Shown: positions 20,662-31,038 of the stretch, in pieces
Position numbering within the stretch: the stretch's first letter is position 1
How the letters are laid out: the number at the start of each line of letters is the position of its first letter
Translations under genes and position numbers: made by a program
The notes under the pieces: generated by a model
What the model was told of the DNA's origin: nothing
The model's database searches: none
What the model saw: the letters and a program-made list of their open reading frames with translations, nothing else
DNA from: Cyanobacteriota bacterium
GTDB lineage: Bacteria; Cyanobacteriota; Cyanobacteriia; Thermostichales; Thermostichaceae
NCBI GenBank assembly: GCA_033764955.1
Contig: JANRIL010000029.1
Location: 1 to 64,000 of the forward strand
Direction: 5' to 3'
DNA length: 64,000 nt

Positions 20662-22710
20662 ATGGATGTTGTGATCACGCTGCTTCGGGAAGAGCCGATT
20701 GTCACCTTTGCCTTTTTGCTCGGCATCATTCTGGTGGTGCCCATTCTCTTCGAGTGGATGCGCTTGCCCGGTTTGGTTGGACTGTTGTTCGCGGGTGTGC
20801 TGTTTGGCCCGAATGGACTTAATTTTTTTGATGGCGATACTCCCACGATTAAACTGCTCTCGGATGTGGGGGTAGTGTATCTGCTGTTTGTGGCGGGGCT
20901 GGAGATTGACCTCGAGCAGTTTCGCCAAACTAAGCACCGTTCCGCCGGATTTGGTTTGCTCACTTTTGCCATCCCCATGTTGATGGGAACCATGGTGGGG
21001 CGTTTGTTTGGCTTTGGCTGGAATGCCGCCATTTTGGTTGGATCTTTGTTTGCCTCCCACACCCCCCTGGGCTATCCGATTGTTAGCCGTTTTGGGTTGG
21101 TTCGTAATGAAGCGGTGCTGGTGACGATTGGCGGCACGATTTTTACCGATATTGCCTCGCTGTTGGTGCTGGCGGTTTGCGTTGGCATCCATGCCGGAGA
21201 GTTTAGTTTGACTAGCTTGGTCATCTTATTGGGATCCCTGCTCCTCTACGCCGCCGCTATTTTGTTTGGGCTGGACTGGGTGGGACAGGAGTTTTTTCGC
21301 CGATCTGGGGAGGACGAGGGCAACCAGTTTCTCTTCGTCTTATTGGCGCTCTTCCTAGCTGCCTTGGGCGCGCAGGTGATTGGGGTGGAAAAAATTGTCG
21401 GGGCCTTTTTGGCGGGCTTAGCCGTAAACGATGTGGTGCGGGAGGGGCCAGTTAAAGAGAAGGTCGTGTTTGTGGGCAGTGTGCTGTTCATCCCCGTCTT
21501 TTTTGTGGATGTGGGATTGCTGCTGGATTTGCCAGTTTTTCTGAAAACCGTTAGCTCCTTTTGGCTGGCCGCCTCTATTTTGCTGGGGTTGAGCCTGAGT
21601 AAGCTGCTGGCCGCCTTCATCAGCAAATGGCTCTATCGCTACAGTTGGGCACAAATGGTCATGATGTTTTCCCTCTCCTTGCCCCAGGTGGCGGCCACCC
21701 TTGCGGCTACTCTGGTGGGCTATCGGGTGGGACTGCTGACGGAAGGGGTGCTCAACAGTGTGATTGTCCTGATGTTAGTCACGGCGACGGCTGGCCCCAT
21801 CTTGACCAGTCGGGCGGCTAACCAGATGATGCAGCAGAAGGAAACGGTGGTGGAACCGGAACTGCCTACCTTTGCAAGCCGTGACGGATCGGATCCCTTT
21901 GCGGTGGTCGTGCCTCTGGCCAACCCCGAAACTGAAACCGATCTACTGGAAATGGCCGCGTTGGTGGCGCGCCACGAAGGGGGATATCTTGTGCCCCTTT
22001 CAATTGCCACGGCGCATATCCACATGGATGCCCCTTCTTTAGAAACCTCCCTCCAACACAGCCAATTTTTGTTGCAACGGGCGGTAGAACTCGCTCAACA
22101 GTGGCAGGTGGAGGCACGTCCCCTGATTCGGATTGATAGCCATGTGGCGCAAGGGATTAGCCATGCCACCCGTGAACAAAAAGCCCAACTGATTGTCATG
22201 GGCTGGAGTGAAACCAGCGGTCTGCGCGCCCGTCTGTTTGGCAATGTCATTGATAGCGTACTGTGGGCTTCCCATTGTCCGGTGGCGATTGCCCGCCTGC
22301 GCCAATCTCCCAGTAAACTCAGGCATATTTTGGTGGCTCTGGAAAATTTTCGGACTCAGTCGGCTCGCTCGGTGCGGTTTGCCCAGATTTTGGCGGATGT
22401 TAATCAAGCCCAGGTGACCCTGCTGCATATCTGTCAGCCCCTCACCTCCGAAAGCCAGAAAGAATGGATCCAGGCTCAACTGATGGGATTAGTGGCGGTG
22501 GGTAGGGTCTCCGCGACCCCTGATATTCAAGTTATCTGCCACGATGATGTCGTGAAAACTATCCTGCAAACGGCGCAATCCTTTGATCTGCTGGTGTTGC
22601 CCTCTTTTCGGCGTCGCAACCGCCGTGGGGGGTTGTCTATGAGCAGCATCACCACCCAAGTTTTGCAACGGGTCTCCTGTTCTGTGGTGATGCTGGGGGA
22701 GCCCCTCTAG
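20662..22710 (+). CDS. Cation:proton antiporter (CPA2) with C-terminal universal-stress-protein domains
   Basis: LLFVAGLE, GAFLAGL, then USP-like VVPLANPET, IVMGW, LFGNVIDSV, CSVVML. Confidence 0.9.
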   Translation: MDVVITLLREEPIVTFAFLLGIILVVPILFEWMRLPGLVGLLFAGVLFGPNGLNFFDGDTPTIKLLSDVGVVYLLFVAGLEIDLEQFRQTKHRSAGFGLLTFAIPMLMGTMVGRLFGFGWNAAILVGSLFASHTPLGYPIVSRFGLVRNEAVLVTIGGTIFTDIASLLVLAVCVGIHAGEFSLTSLVILLGSLLLYAAAILFGLDWVGQEFFRRSGEDEGNQFLFVLLALFLAALGAQVIGVEKIVGAFLAGLAVNDVVREGPVKEKVVFVGSVLFIPVFFVDVGLLLDLPVFLKTVSSFWLAASILLGLSLSKLLAAFISKWLYRYSWAQMVMMFSLSLPQVAATLAATLVGYRVGLLTEGVLNSVIVLMLVTATAGPILTSRAANQMMQQKETVVEPELPTFASRDGSDPFAVVVPLANPETETDLLEMAALVARHEGGYLVPLSIATAHIHMDAPSLETSLQHSQFLLQRAVELAQQWQVEARPLIRIDSHVAQGISHATREQKAQLIVMGWSETSGLRARLFGNVIDSVLWASHCPVAIARLRQSPSKLRHILVALENFRTQSARSVRFAQILADVNQAQVTLLHICQPLTSESQKEWIQAQLMGLVAVGRVSATPDIQVICHDDVVKTILQTAQSFDLLVLPSFRRRNRRGGLSMSSITTQVLQRVSCSVVMLGEPL

Positions 22711-22724
22711 GAGGTTAAAGTGGG

Positions 22725-23462
22725 CTAACGACACCGCAGTCCCCGCTTAATGGGATCAAACCCCAAGGGAAAAAGGGTGGTGTCATCATAGTAAGCCTCC
22801 CGCAGGCGAGCCTCCCGCAAATTGGATCCCCGCAAATTACAGCCCCGCAGATTGGCCTCCCGCAGATTGGCCTCCCGCAGATTGGCTTCCTGTAGGTTGG
22901 CCGCAATCAAATTACAGGCCATCAGGTCGGATCCCCGCAGATTGGCTTGGCTGAGGCTGGCTTGGGAGAAATTGGCTCGCCGTAAAAAGCAACCCTGCAA
23001 ATTGGCCCCCCGCAAATTGGCCTGGGTGAGATTGGCTTCTTGCATTTGTGCCCCACTCAAATTAGCGGCCATCAGATTGGCTCCCACTAGGTCCGTGCGA
23101 ATCAGGCTAGCTCCCACCAGATACGCCCCTAACAACTTTGAGAAAGGTAGGTGAGCCTGGTTGAGATTGGCGGCTTTGAGGATGGCTCCTCGCAAGTTGG
23201 ATCCCGTCAGGTTAGCAAAGGACAATTCGGCTTCACTCCAGTCAATACGGCTGAGATCAGCATAGGGAAGGCTAGCCCCCTGTAAATCCGCTTGGGGCAT
23301 TTTGGCGAAAGCCAGCGTCACCCCTGCCCAGTCAATATCTCCCAAGGCAACCGCCTTGAAAACCCGCTCTCCCTTGCCATAGCGTTCCAGCAACTCTGCC
23401 GCTTGCTCCGCCCGTTGATGGGGATCCGCTAGGGGGTTGGGGAATGGCTGACTCCGGCTCAT
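22725..23462 (-). CDS. Pentapeptide repeat protein
   Basis: ELLERYGKGER N-terminus and many A(N/D)LxG/ANLRE repeats. Start moved to MSRSQP. Confidence 0.92.
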   Translation of the reverse strand: MSRSQPFPNPLADPHQRAEQAAELLERYGKGERVFKAVALGDIDWAGVTLAFAKMPQADLQGASLPYADLSRIDWSEAELSFANLTGSNLRGAILKAANLNQAHLPFSKLLGAYLVGASLIRTDLVGANLMAANLSGAQMQEANLTQANLRGANLQGCFLRRANFSQASLSQANLRGSDLMACNLIAANLQEANLREANLREANLRGCNLRGSNLREARLREAYYDDTTLFPLGFDPIKRGLRCR

Positions 23463-23481
23463 GGTTGAGGGGGGAACTCGA

Positions 23482-24798
23482 CTAGAGTTGATGGCGGCGC
23501 TTGAGGTGCAAATACTGATCAATCAAGGGTTCACTGATCTGGGAGGCGGGGGCATCCAACACCAATACCCCCTTTTGGTGCAGGTGGGCTAGAGCTGCCT
23601 GCCGCTGAGCCAATAAATCCAGAGCAACAGCGGTTTGGTAGGCTGTGGGCAAGTGCGGGGTTATGGGTTGCGCCGCCACCCGATTTAACTGGGGATCCCG
23701 TAGGGCGACACAAAAGGGCAGATGGCGGGAGGTGAGATGGCCGAGAGCCGCCAGCAATTCCCCAGAGGCCGTACTGTCGATCACATCCGTCATCATGACC
23801 ACCAACGCTCGCCGCGACTGGCGTTGTACTAAACCTGTCACCGCCGCCACATAATCCGGCTCGAGGAAACGGGGCTGGAGAGGACTGAGGACTTCAATTA
23901 AACGGTTCAGATGGGTGGGATCCCGTTGGGGGGGGATCCAGGTATGCAGGTGACGGTCAAACAGCCCTACCCCCACTCGATCCCCACGCTTAAGAGCTGC
24001 TAAAGCGAGACCCAGAGCCGCATTCAGCGCCCAATCAAAGCGGGTGAGGGCTTCCACTTGAGCGGTCATCAGCCGTCCCTGATCCAGCAGGAGGATAAGA
24101 GTTTGCTCCTGCTCCGGCTCTAAAACCCTTACCAAGGGACGTTGGCGACGGGCGGTAGCCTTCCAGTCCATTAAGCGGGGATCGTCCCCACGTGTGTAGT
24201 CCCGCAGCTCCGCAAACTCGGTTCCCATCCCCCGCCACTGTCGCTGCCGTAGGGATCCCGATGCTTCTAGAGTGAGCCGGATCGAGAGGGACTGTAACTG
24301 CATCAAATCGGGATAAACCGTTACCGTTTGGTGTTGCTCCACCTGCCACTGTCGCCAAACCCACCCCCGCGGGCTGCGTTGGCGGACTGACAGCCCACCC
24401 CAGGCAAATTCACCCCGCCGTAAGGGAACCACCGCATAAGTGAGGGTTTGCACCTGTGGGTCGTTGAACTGGCAGGTTAGCACCCTGTGGGCAACCCGAA
24501 ACTCCCCAGGCCACCCATCGCGGATTTCGGCTTGCAGGGGATAGTGTGTGGCGGGTGCTGTTGCTTGCAGGGTCAGGGTGACTGGGTTCTCGCGGTTCAC
24601 CGAAAGTCGTCCCAAAGGATGCCGTTGCACCACTAGCGGCTGCATCTGGCGATAGTCCTGCCAAACTAAGCCCAAGAGCGCCAGATCCCAGATCAAGAGA
24701 GTGACAAACCCCCACGGTAACCCGGCTAGGGTGGCTGTCAGCCAAGCTACCCCCAACCCCACTCCCAATCCCCCATAAACCCGTTGGCTGGGAATCAT
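23482..24798 (-). CDS. DUF58 family protein
   Basis: GTEFAELRDY..GDD.R..DWKATAR, LLDQGRLM, GDRVG; overlaps the moxR stop by 4 nt. Confidence 0.92.
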   Translation of the reverse strand: MIPSQRVYGGLGVGLGVAWLTATLAGLPWGFVTLLIWDLALLGLVWQDYRQMQPLVVQRHPLGRLSVNRENPVTLTLQATAPATHYPLQAEIRDGWPGEFRVAHRVLTCQFNDPQVQTLTYAVVPLRRGEFAWGGLSVRQRSPRGWVWRQWQVEQHQTVTVYPDLMQLQSLSIRLTLEASGSLRQRQWRGMGTEFAELRDYTRGDDPRLMDWKATARRQRPLVRVLEPEQEQTLILLLDQGRLMTAQVEALTRFDWALNAALGLALAALKRGDRVGVGLFDRHLHTWIPPQRDPTHLNRLIEVLSPLQPRFLEPDYVAAVTGLVQRQSRRALVVMMTDVIDSTASGELLAALGHLTSRHLPFCVALRDPQLNRVAAQPITPHLPTAYQTAVALDLLAQRQAALAHLHQKGVLVLDAPASQISEPLIDQYLHLKRRHQL

Positions 24799-25760
24799 CG
24801 CGGAACCGCCACTTGTTGCAAAAGGGCTTTGATCACTTGCTCCTGGCTCAACCCATCCAGTTGGGCATCGGGACGCAAAATCAGGCGATGGCGCAAAAGT
24901 GGCACGGCTACTGCCTTAATATTATCGGGGGTGACAAACGTTTGCCCCTCCAACCAGGCATGAGCTTTGCTGGCTTGTAGCCAGGCTACGGCTGCCCGTG
25001 GAGAGACCCCCAGCCGAATATCGGGATGCTGTCGAGATCGCTGCACCAAAGCCAGCAGATAATCCAGAAGGGATCCCTCTACATGGATCCCCCTCACCTG
25101 CTGGCGAGCCAGCAAAATGTCCTCCACACTGGCGATGGGCTGGGCGGGTTGACGGCTGATCTGACGGGCATCAAAACCTGCCTGAGCATTCTGTAACATT
25201 TGCTTTTCCGCTAAGGCATCGGGATAACCCACCTGCACCTTCAACAAAAACCGATCCAACTGGGCTTCCGGTAGTGGATAGGTTCCTTCAAATTCCAGCG
25301 AATTTTGCGTGGCAATTACCCAAAATAAGGAGGGCAACGGCAAACTCTGTCCATCCAAGGTGACTTGTTGCTCTTCCATCGCCTCCAGCAATGCCGCCTG
25401 GGTTTTGGGAGGAGTGCGGTTAATTTCGTCCGCCAACAAGATTTCGGTGAAGACAGGCCCTTTTTGTAAGCTAAATTGGCGGGTATTCAAATCAAAGACG
25501 GAGGTTCCCAAGATATCAGTTGGCAAAATATCAGGGGTCAACTGAATGCGGCGAAAATCTGCTTGTAGGAAACGAGCCATCATTTTGACCAGCAGGGTTT
25601 TTCCCGTACCCGGCACTCCCTCTAAAATGAGGTGCCCACCCGCCAACAAGGCCACCAGCACCTCCTCCACGACAGCCGATTGTCCCACCACCACCTGCTG
25701 TAACGCTTGACGTAGCTGCCTAATTAAAGCAAGAGTAGCTGTAGTTTCCAACATCGGCAT
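24795..25760 (-). CDS. MoxR family AAA+ ATPase
   Basis: LEGVPGTGKT, RIQLTPD, LADEINR, EGTYPLPEAQLDRF, GVSPRA. Confidence 0.95.
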   Translation of the reverse strand: MPMLETTATLALIRQLRQALQQVVVGQSAVVEEVLVALLAGGHLILEGVPGTGKTLLVKMMARFLQADFRRIQLTPDILPTDILGTSVFDLNTRQFSLQKGPVFTEILLADEINRTPPKTQAALLEAMEEQQVTLDGQSLPLPSLFWVIATQNSLEFEGTYPLPEAQLDRFLLKVQVGYPDALAEKQMLQNAQAGFDARQISRQPAQPIASVEDILLARQQVRGIHVEGSLLDYLLALVQRSRQHPDIRLGVSPRAAVAWLQASKAHAWLEGQTFVTPDNIKAVAVPLLRHRLILRPDAQLDGLSQEQVIKALLQQVAVPR

Positions 25761-25888
25761 TTCCCAAGATGGCTTAGATTCCAGACGAACAACCCTATCA
25801 TAGGATCTGCGTTAGCTCATCGCAGGCAGAAATGGCGCTCTGGGCAAAACACCTTCCGTTTATCCTGAACACTTCCTCTGGAAAGACT

Positions 25889-25897
25889 TGCTATAAT
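25889..25897 (+). promoter_or_regulatory. Extended -10 promoter element (TGnTATAAT)
   Basis: TGCTATAAT lies 33 nt upstream of the ATG at 25931. Confidence 0.55.
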
Positions 25898-25930
25898 GCA
25901 TCCCATTCCCAAAATTTTCAGTGGTCAACT

Positions 25931-26386
25931 ATGATCAACGTCGATAAAAGCAGTTCATCTGCCTCGCCAGCTCTCCCTAATGGGATCTTCTGGCGGCTTT
26001 TGCGCGGAATTATTGCTTTTTTGAATGATCGTTTTTTACCTGCCAAACACTCCATATCCGCTGAGGCTGTGCTGACTCGCCTGGAAAGCGCGGTGGTTTG
26101 GTTCCAGCAAACATTGATGAACTGTGATCCTGGCCCTTTGCAATATCGTGGTCTGCCCTTGGATCCCCCTTCCCCAACTCAACCGACCACAACCAGGGAA
26201 ATCCTTTATCGGGGTTGCCGTCTAGAGGTGACAGCTCTCGATCCCTCGAACCCTTCTGAAAAGCCTTATGTCCCCACCTATCAGCGCCGCCTGAAAACCT
26301 GGGTGGTCAATTTGGGACTGGGAGATATGGATTCGAGAGCCGATACCCCCCAACTGGAGCGGGTTTACCGGGGACGGGAGTTTTAA
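25931..26386 (+). CDS. Hypothetical protein with three YRG motifs (DUF4278-like)
   Basis: LQYRG, ILYRG and RVYRG. Start placed at MINVDK because of the extended -10 upstream. Confidence 0.6.
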   Translation: MINVDKSSSSASPALPNGIFWRLLRGIIAFLNDRFLPAKHSISAEAVLTRLESAVVWFQQTLMNCDPGPLQYRGLPLDPPSPTQPTTTREILYRGCRLEVTALDPSNPSEKPYVPTYQRRLKTWVVNLGLGDMDSRADTPQLERVYRGREF

Positions 26387-26507
26387 GACTTTGCTGTCGG
26401 GATGATCTGGCTGAGAGGGAACCCCAAGCATTTTGAGAAAAGTGCCCAACATCTTTGAAAATCCCTTACATTAGAGGAGCAAGTCCCCTCTCACCTTCAC
26501 CCTATCC

Positions 26508-27539
26508 ATGCCAAAAAGCGGAGTGTTGCTGCTCAATCTGGGCGGACCAGAGATTCAAGAGGATGTTCAGCCTTTCCTCTACAACCTGTTTGCTGATCCG
26601 GATCTGATTCGCCTTTCCCTTCCCGCTCTGCAACCTCTATTTGCCTGGACGATCTCCCGTCTGCGAGCCAAAAAATCGAAGCGCAACTATGCGGCTATTG
26701 GAGGGGGATCCCCTCTTCGCCAGATCACGGCGGCACAAGCGCAAGCCCTCCAAGAGCAACTGGTCAAATCAGGGTTTGACGTGCCTGTTTATATGGCCAT
26801 GCGCTACTGGCATCCCCTCACGGAGTCGGTGGTGCAGCAGATCAAAGCGGACGGCATTACCCGTCTGGTGGTGCTACCCCTCTATCCGCAATACTCCATT
26901 ACCACCACGGGATCCAGCTTCAAGTTACTGGATCAACTGTGGCAACAGGATCCCCAACTGTCGGGGATTGAGCGGGTTTCCATCTGCTCTTGGTATGACC
27001 AGCCGGATTATCTGGCGGCCATGGCTACCGCCATTCGTGAACAACTGGCCACCTATCCCCAGCCGGAACAGGTGCATGTTTTGTTTAGCGCCCACGGCAT
27101 TCCCGAAAGCTACGTCACCGACTATGGGGATCCCTATCAGCAGGAGATAGAAGCCTGTGTGCGACTGATCTGGCAACAGGTGGGTCGAGCCAATCCCCAC
27201 AGTCTTTCCTACCAAAGCCGCGTTGGGTCGATTAAATGGTTAAGTCCCTACACCGAAGCGATCCTGCCCCAATTGGCTGCCCAGGGGGTCAAACATCTGT
27301 TGGTGGTGCCCATCAGTTTTGTCTCTGAACATATCGAAACCCTGCAAGAGATCGACATGGAGTATCGCCATTTGGCCGAAAGCTGCGGTATCCCAGATTT
27401 TCGTCGTGTGCCTGCCCTCAACACCCACCCCACCTTCATTAGTGCTTTGGCTCAACTGGTGCAACCCCATTTACTGGTTTCTCAACTCCATTCGGCGGAT
27501 TTGTGGAGATCGCCGCTTCCTCACCCTTCCCTTTCTTAG
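26508..27539 (+). CDS. hemH: Ferrochelatase without the C-terminal CAB domain
   Basis: [49 protein letters not shown]. Confidence 0.96.
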   Translation: MPKSGVLLLNLGGPEIQEDVQPFLYNLFADPDLIRLSLPALQPLFAWTISRLRAKKSKRNYAAIGGGSPLRQITAAQAQALQEQLVKSGFDVPVYMAMRYWHPLTESVVQQIKADGITRLVVLPLYPQYSITTTGSSFKLLDQLWQQDPQLSGIERVSICSWYDQPDYLAAMATAIREQLATYPQPEQVHVLFSAHGIPESYVTDYGDPYQQEIEACVRLIWQQVGRANPHSLSYQSRVGSIKWLSPYTEAILPQLAAQGVKHLLVVPISFVSEHIETLQEIDMEYRHLAESCGIPDFRRVPALNTHPTFISALAQLVQPHLLVSQLHSADLWRSPLPHPSLS

Positions 27540-27615
27540 GGAGATTCCGATCTATCCGTTGGCGGGTTGAGGGATAGGGGATCCCCTGATGAAGAGTCTA
27601 GGGTTAAGGGATATT

Positions 27616-27644
27616 TTGACAAGCTTGACATTCAAACTTACAAT
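27616..27644 (+). promoter_or_regulatory. Sigma70-type promoter of the rpmJ-prfA operon
   Basis: TTGACA (27616-21), 17-nt spacer, TACAAT (27639-44); a second TTGACA at 27625-30. Confidence 0.75.
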
Positions 27645-27675
27645 AGATATTCGCTGATTTCATCGGGATCTAGTC

Positions 27676-27792
27676 ATGAAGGTGCGAGCCTCTGTCCGCC
27701 GAATTTGTGAGAAATGTCGTGTTATTCGCCGTCATGGGCGGGTAATGGTTATTTGCTCCTCTAACCCCAAGCACAAGCAGCGCCAGGGATAG
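27676..27792 (+). CDS. rpmJ: 50S ribosomal protein L36 (absent from the ORF track)
   Basis: Hand translation: [38 protein letters not shown]. Confidence 0.98.
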   Translation: MKVRASVRRICEKCRVIRRHGRVMVICSSNPKHKQRQG

Positions 27793-27853
27793 CCCTTTGT
27801 TGCCGATTGCCACCAAATCAACACTATCACTTTGACGCGAGAACCCATCAGTT

Positions 27854-28237
27854 ATGGCACGGATTGCAGGGATAGACATCCCACGAGAAAAGCGGGTTGA
27901 GATTGCCCTCACCTATATTTACGGGATTGGTCTGACCCGTTCCCAAGAAGTTTTGGCCAAAACCAAAGTGAACCCGGATACGCGAGTTCGGGATCTGACG
28001 GATGCAGAGCTGGCTGCGCTACGGGAGGCTATCGAAGCCGACTATCAGGTAGAAGGAGATCTGCGGCGGCAGGAATCCATGAATATCAAACGCCTGATCG
28101 ATATTGGTACCTATCGAGGTCGGCGGCATCGTATGGGCTTGCCCCTGCGTGGGCAGCAAACCCGCACCAACGCTCGCACCCGTAAAGGGGCGCGAAAAAC
28201 AGTGGCAGGCAAGAAGAAAGCACCTGCTAAGAAATAA
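27854..28237 (+). CDS. rpsM: 30S ribosomal protein S13
   Basis: [34 protein letters not shown]. Confidence 0.98.
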   Translation: MARIAGIDIPREKRVEIALTYIYGIGLTRSQEVLAKTKVNPDTRVRDLTDAELAALREAIEADYQVEGDLRRQESMNIKRLIDIGTYRGRRHRMGLPLRGQQTRTNARTRKGARKTVAGKKKAPAKK

Positions 28238-28309
28238 CATTCCCCATTTTTACCCACCCATCCCGCAGGACTTTCGTGATGGGAACTTCTATCGGAGGCA
28301 CGCTCACTC

Positions 28310-28696
28310 ATGGCACGGCAACAACGGCGAGGACGAAAAATCAAGCGCAACGTCCCCAGTGGTATCGCCTACATTCAATCTACCTTCAACAACACGATTG
28401 TCACTATCGCTGATCCGAATGGGGATGTTATTTCCTGGGCTTCGGCGGGATCCAGTGGCTTTAAGGGAGCGAAAAAGGGCACTCCTTTTGCGGCTCAAAC
28501 GGCTGCGGAAAGTGCCGCCCGTCAAGCAATGGACAGCGGGATGCGCCAGATCGAGGTAATGGTGAGTGGTCCGGGAGCCGGACGGGAAACGGCTATCCGT
28601 TCTCTGCAAGCAACTGGTCTAGAGATTACCCTGATCCGTGACATCACTCCTATTCCCCACAATGGTTGCCGTCCCCCCAAACGGCGACGGGTCTAG
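28310..28696 (+). CDS. rpsK: 30S ribosomal protein S11
   Basis: [31 protein letters not shown]. Confidence 0.98.
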   Translation: MARQQRRGRKIKRNVPSGIAYIQSTFNNTIVTIADPNGDVISWASAGSSGFKGAKKGTPFAAQTAAESAARQAMDSGMRQIEVMVSGPGAGRETAIRSLQATGLEITLIRDITPIPHNGCRPPKRRRV

Positions 28697-28775
28697 ATGG
28701 ACAAACCTTTGGCAGAGGGAGGTTTGCATCATTTAGAGAGTTATGGCAAAGCATAGGGATTAAGGAGATATACCT

Positions 28776-29720
28776 GTGGCAACCTATCAAACAGAATGTG
28801 TGGAATCGCACCAGGATCCGAAGGGCGGGTTGTACGGCAAGTTTATTCTAGAGCCTCTCGATCGCGGCATGGGGACAACCTTGGGGAGTGCCCTCCGACG
28901 AGTGTTACTCTCCCATTTGGAGGGGGCTGCTGTGACCGCGGTTCGCATCGCCGGTGTCAACCATGAGTTTTCTTCTGTGCCCGGGGTGCGGGAGGATGTT
29001 ATGGAAATTCTCCTCAATATGAAGGAGTTGGTCTTGCGATCTCATGCTGGGGATGCCCAGATGGGACGGTTGTTTGCTCAGGGGCCAGGGGTGGTGACGG
29101 CGGAGAAGATGCAGCTCCCCAGTGAAGTGGAGCAGATCTATCCCCAACACCATATCGCTACTCTGGCAGAGGGAGCGACCCTAGAGATGGAGTTTTCCAT
29201 TTCCCGAGGTCGGGGCTACCGAGCCGTAGACTATACGGATCACCAGTCGATGGCTGTGGACTTTTTGCAGATTGACTCGATTTTTATGCCGGTGCGGAAA
29301 GTGAACTATTCGGTGGATGCCGCACGGGTTGGCGAATCGTTGGAACAGGATCGGCTGACTCTAGAAATCTGGACAAATGGCAGTATTAGCCCTCAGGAAG
29401 CTCTCAGCCAAGCGGCTCGAGCCTTGGTTGAGGTATTTATTCCCTTGCAGGATGTGCGGGGCTTTGATGCTCCTGTCGAGCAGAAAAAAGAAGAGAACGA
29501 TCAGAAAAACCAGATTCCTATCGAAGAATTGCAGTTGTCGGTGCGAGCCTATAACTGCCTGAAACGAGCGCAAATCAATACCGTAGCTGACCTGCTGGTC
29601 TACACGGAGGAGGATTTGTTAGAAATCAAAAACTTCGGTCAAAAGTCGGCTGAAGAAGTGGTGGAAGCCCTAAAGGCTCGGCTGGGCTTAACGTTACCCC
29701 GCGAGAAAAGTAAACCTTAG
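28776..29720 (+). CDS. rpoA: RNA polymerase alpha subunit
   Basis: EPLDRGMGTTLG.ALRRVLL, HEFS, LSVRAYNCLKRA, NFGQKS. GTG start with AGGAG RBS. Confidence 0.98.
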   Translation: MATYQTECVESHQDPKGGLYGKFILEPLDRGMGTTLGSALRRVLLSHLEGAAVTAVRIAGVNHEFSSVPGVREDVMEILLNMKELVLRSHAGDAQMGRLFAQGPGVVTAEKMQLPSEVEQIYPQHHIATLAEGATLEMEFSISRGRGYRAVDYTDHQSMAVDFLQIDSIFMPVRKVNYSVDAARVGESLEQDRLTLEIWTNGSISPQEALSQAARALVEVFIPLQDVRGFDAPVEQKKEENDQKNQIPIEELQLSVRAYNCLKRAQINTVADLLVYTEEDLLEIKNFGQKSAEEVVEALKARLGLTLPREKSKP

Positions 29721-29735
29721 TTTGAGTTTTTGTTT

Positions 29736-30086
29736 ATGCGTCATCGTTGTCGTGTGCCTCAACTCAGTAAGCCAGCGGATCAGCGCAAAGCCCTTCTGCG
29801 TTCGCTGACCACTGCCCTTTTGCGTCAGGGGCGGATTACTACCACCAAGCCCCGTGCTAAGGCCATCCGCGCCTCAGCAGAAAAGATGATCACCCTTGCC
29901 AAAGAGGGATCCCTAGCGGCGCGGCGACAAGCGCTGGGTTATCTCTACGATAGCGAATTGGTGGGATCCCTGTTTGAACAAGCGCCCGAACGCTATAAAG
30001 ATCGAGCCGGAGGATATACCCGTATCCTGCGGACGGTACGGCGGCGGGGAGACAATGCGGAAATGGCTGTGATTGAGTTGGTATAG
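29736..30086 (+). CDS. rplQ: 50S ribosomal protein L17
   Basis: [28 protein letters not shown]. Confidence 0.98.
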   Translation: MRHRCRVPQLSKPADQRKALLRSLTTALLRQGRITTTKPRAKAIRASAEKMITLAKEGSLAARRQALGYLYDSELVGSLFEQAPERYKDRAGGYTRILRTVRRRGDNAEMAVIELV

Positions 30087-30093
30087 CCTAATC

Positions 30094-30936
30094 ATGACGG
30101 TTCTCCGGCGCATCGCCCTCAAGCTGCAATACTTGGGCACTCACTTTTGGGGTTGGCAACGCCAGCCTCGACATCGCAGTGTGCAGGCGGTGTTGGAGGA
30201 AGCCATTGCCAGTCGTGCCCATCATCCGGTTGTCGTGCATGGGGCGGGTCGCACCGATACGGGGGTTCATGCGGGGGGTCAGGTGGCTCATTTTGATACC
30301 TTCTCCCCGATTGCCGCGGATCACTGGCCGGAGGTGCTGAATAACTGTTTACCTGCCGATGTGGCCGTTTTGGCGGCTAGCGAGGTTGCTCAGGATTGGC
30401 ACGCCCGCTTTTCTGCCTGCTGGCGACGCTACCGCTACCTCCTCTTCAACCAAGAGCTTCCCGATGTCTTTTGGCGACCCTTCAGTTGGCATCATCGTCT
30501 GCCCCTGAATGTCTCCCTCATGACCGCAGCCCTACAGTCCCTGTTGGGGGATCACAACCTGGAGGCATTTCGGCGGGCTGGATCCCGGCGTCCCCATTCC
30601 TGGGTGCGGGTGGATGAAGTTCTGTGTCGGCAACAGGAACCGTTGATCTGGATAGAGGTACAAGCCAGTGGATTCCTTTATCGGATGATGCGCCTGCTGA
30701 TGGGAGCCTTGACCGTAGTCGGACGGGGGGAACTGACTCCTGAGGAGTTTGTCCAACTGTGGCAACAGAACGACTGGTCGGGGGCGCGTTGTCGCTACAG
30801 TGCTCCCCCGCAGGGATTGTGTCTGACGGGGGTGGGCTACCCTGACGATCCCTTCCCCAACGGGATCCCAACCAGTCGGGTGGGCATAGTGCCTGGGTCT
30901 ATCTATGGTGCCACCACCGCCCTCTCGGTTTTTTAG
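30094..30936 (+). CDS. truA: tRNA pseudouridine(38-40) synthase
   Basis: GWQRQ, AGRTDTGVHA, HARFSA, GFLYRMMR, APPQGL. Confidence 0.96.
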   Translation: MTVLRRIALKLQYLGTHFWGWQRQPRHRSVQAVLEEAIASRAHHPVVVHGAGRTDTGVHAGGQVAHFDTFSPIAADHWPEVLNNCLPADVAVLAASEVAQDWHARFSACWRRYRYLLFNQELPDVFWRPFSWHHRLPLNVSLMTAALQSLLGDHNLEAFRRAGSRRPHSWVRVDEVLCRQQEPLIWIEVQASGFLYRMMRLLMGALTVVGRGELTPEEFVQLWQQNDWSGARCRYSAPPQGLCLTGVGYPDDPFPNGIPTSRVGIVPGSIYGATTALSVF

Positions 30937-31038
30937 GGGGATGGTCGCGCTTCGGGAGGGATCCCCTAGATTCCCCGCAGCAGCATCGGCTTCCTCCCTT
31001 GTCCTTTCTTCCATCACCCCACTTTCTGGATCATTGCC

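Noticed and set aside
22796..22890. 15-bp tandem repeats (CGCAGATTGGCCTCC) that look like a short array
   Set aside because: They encode the ANLRE pentapeptide repeats; there are no spacers or cas genes, so this is not CRISPR.
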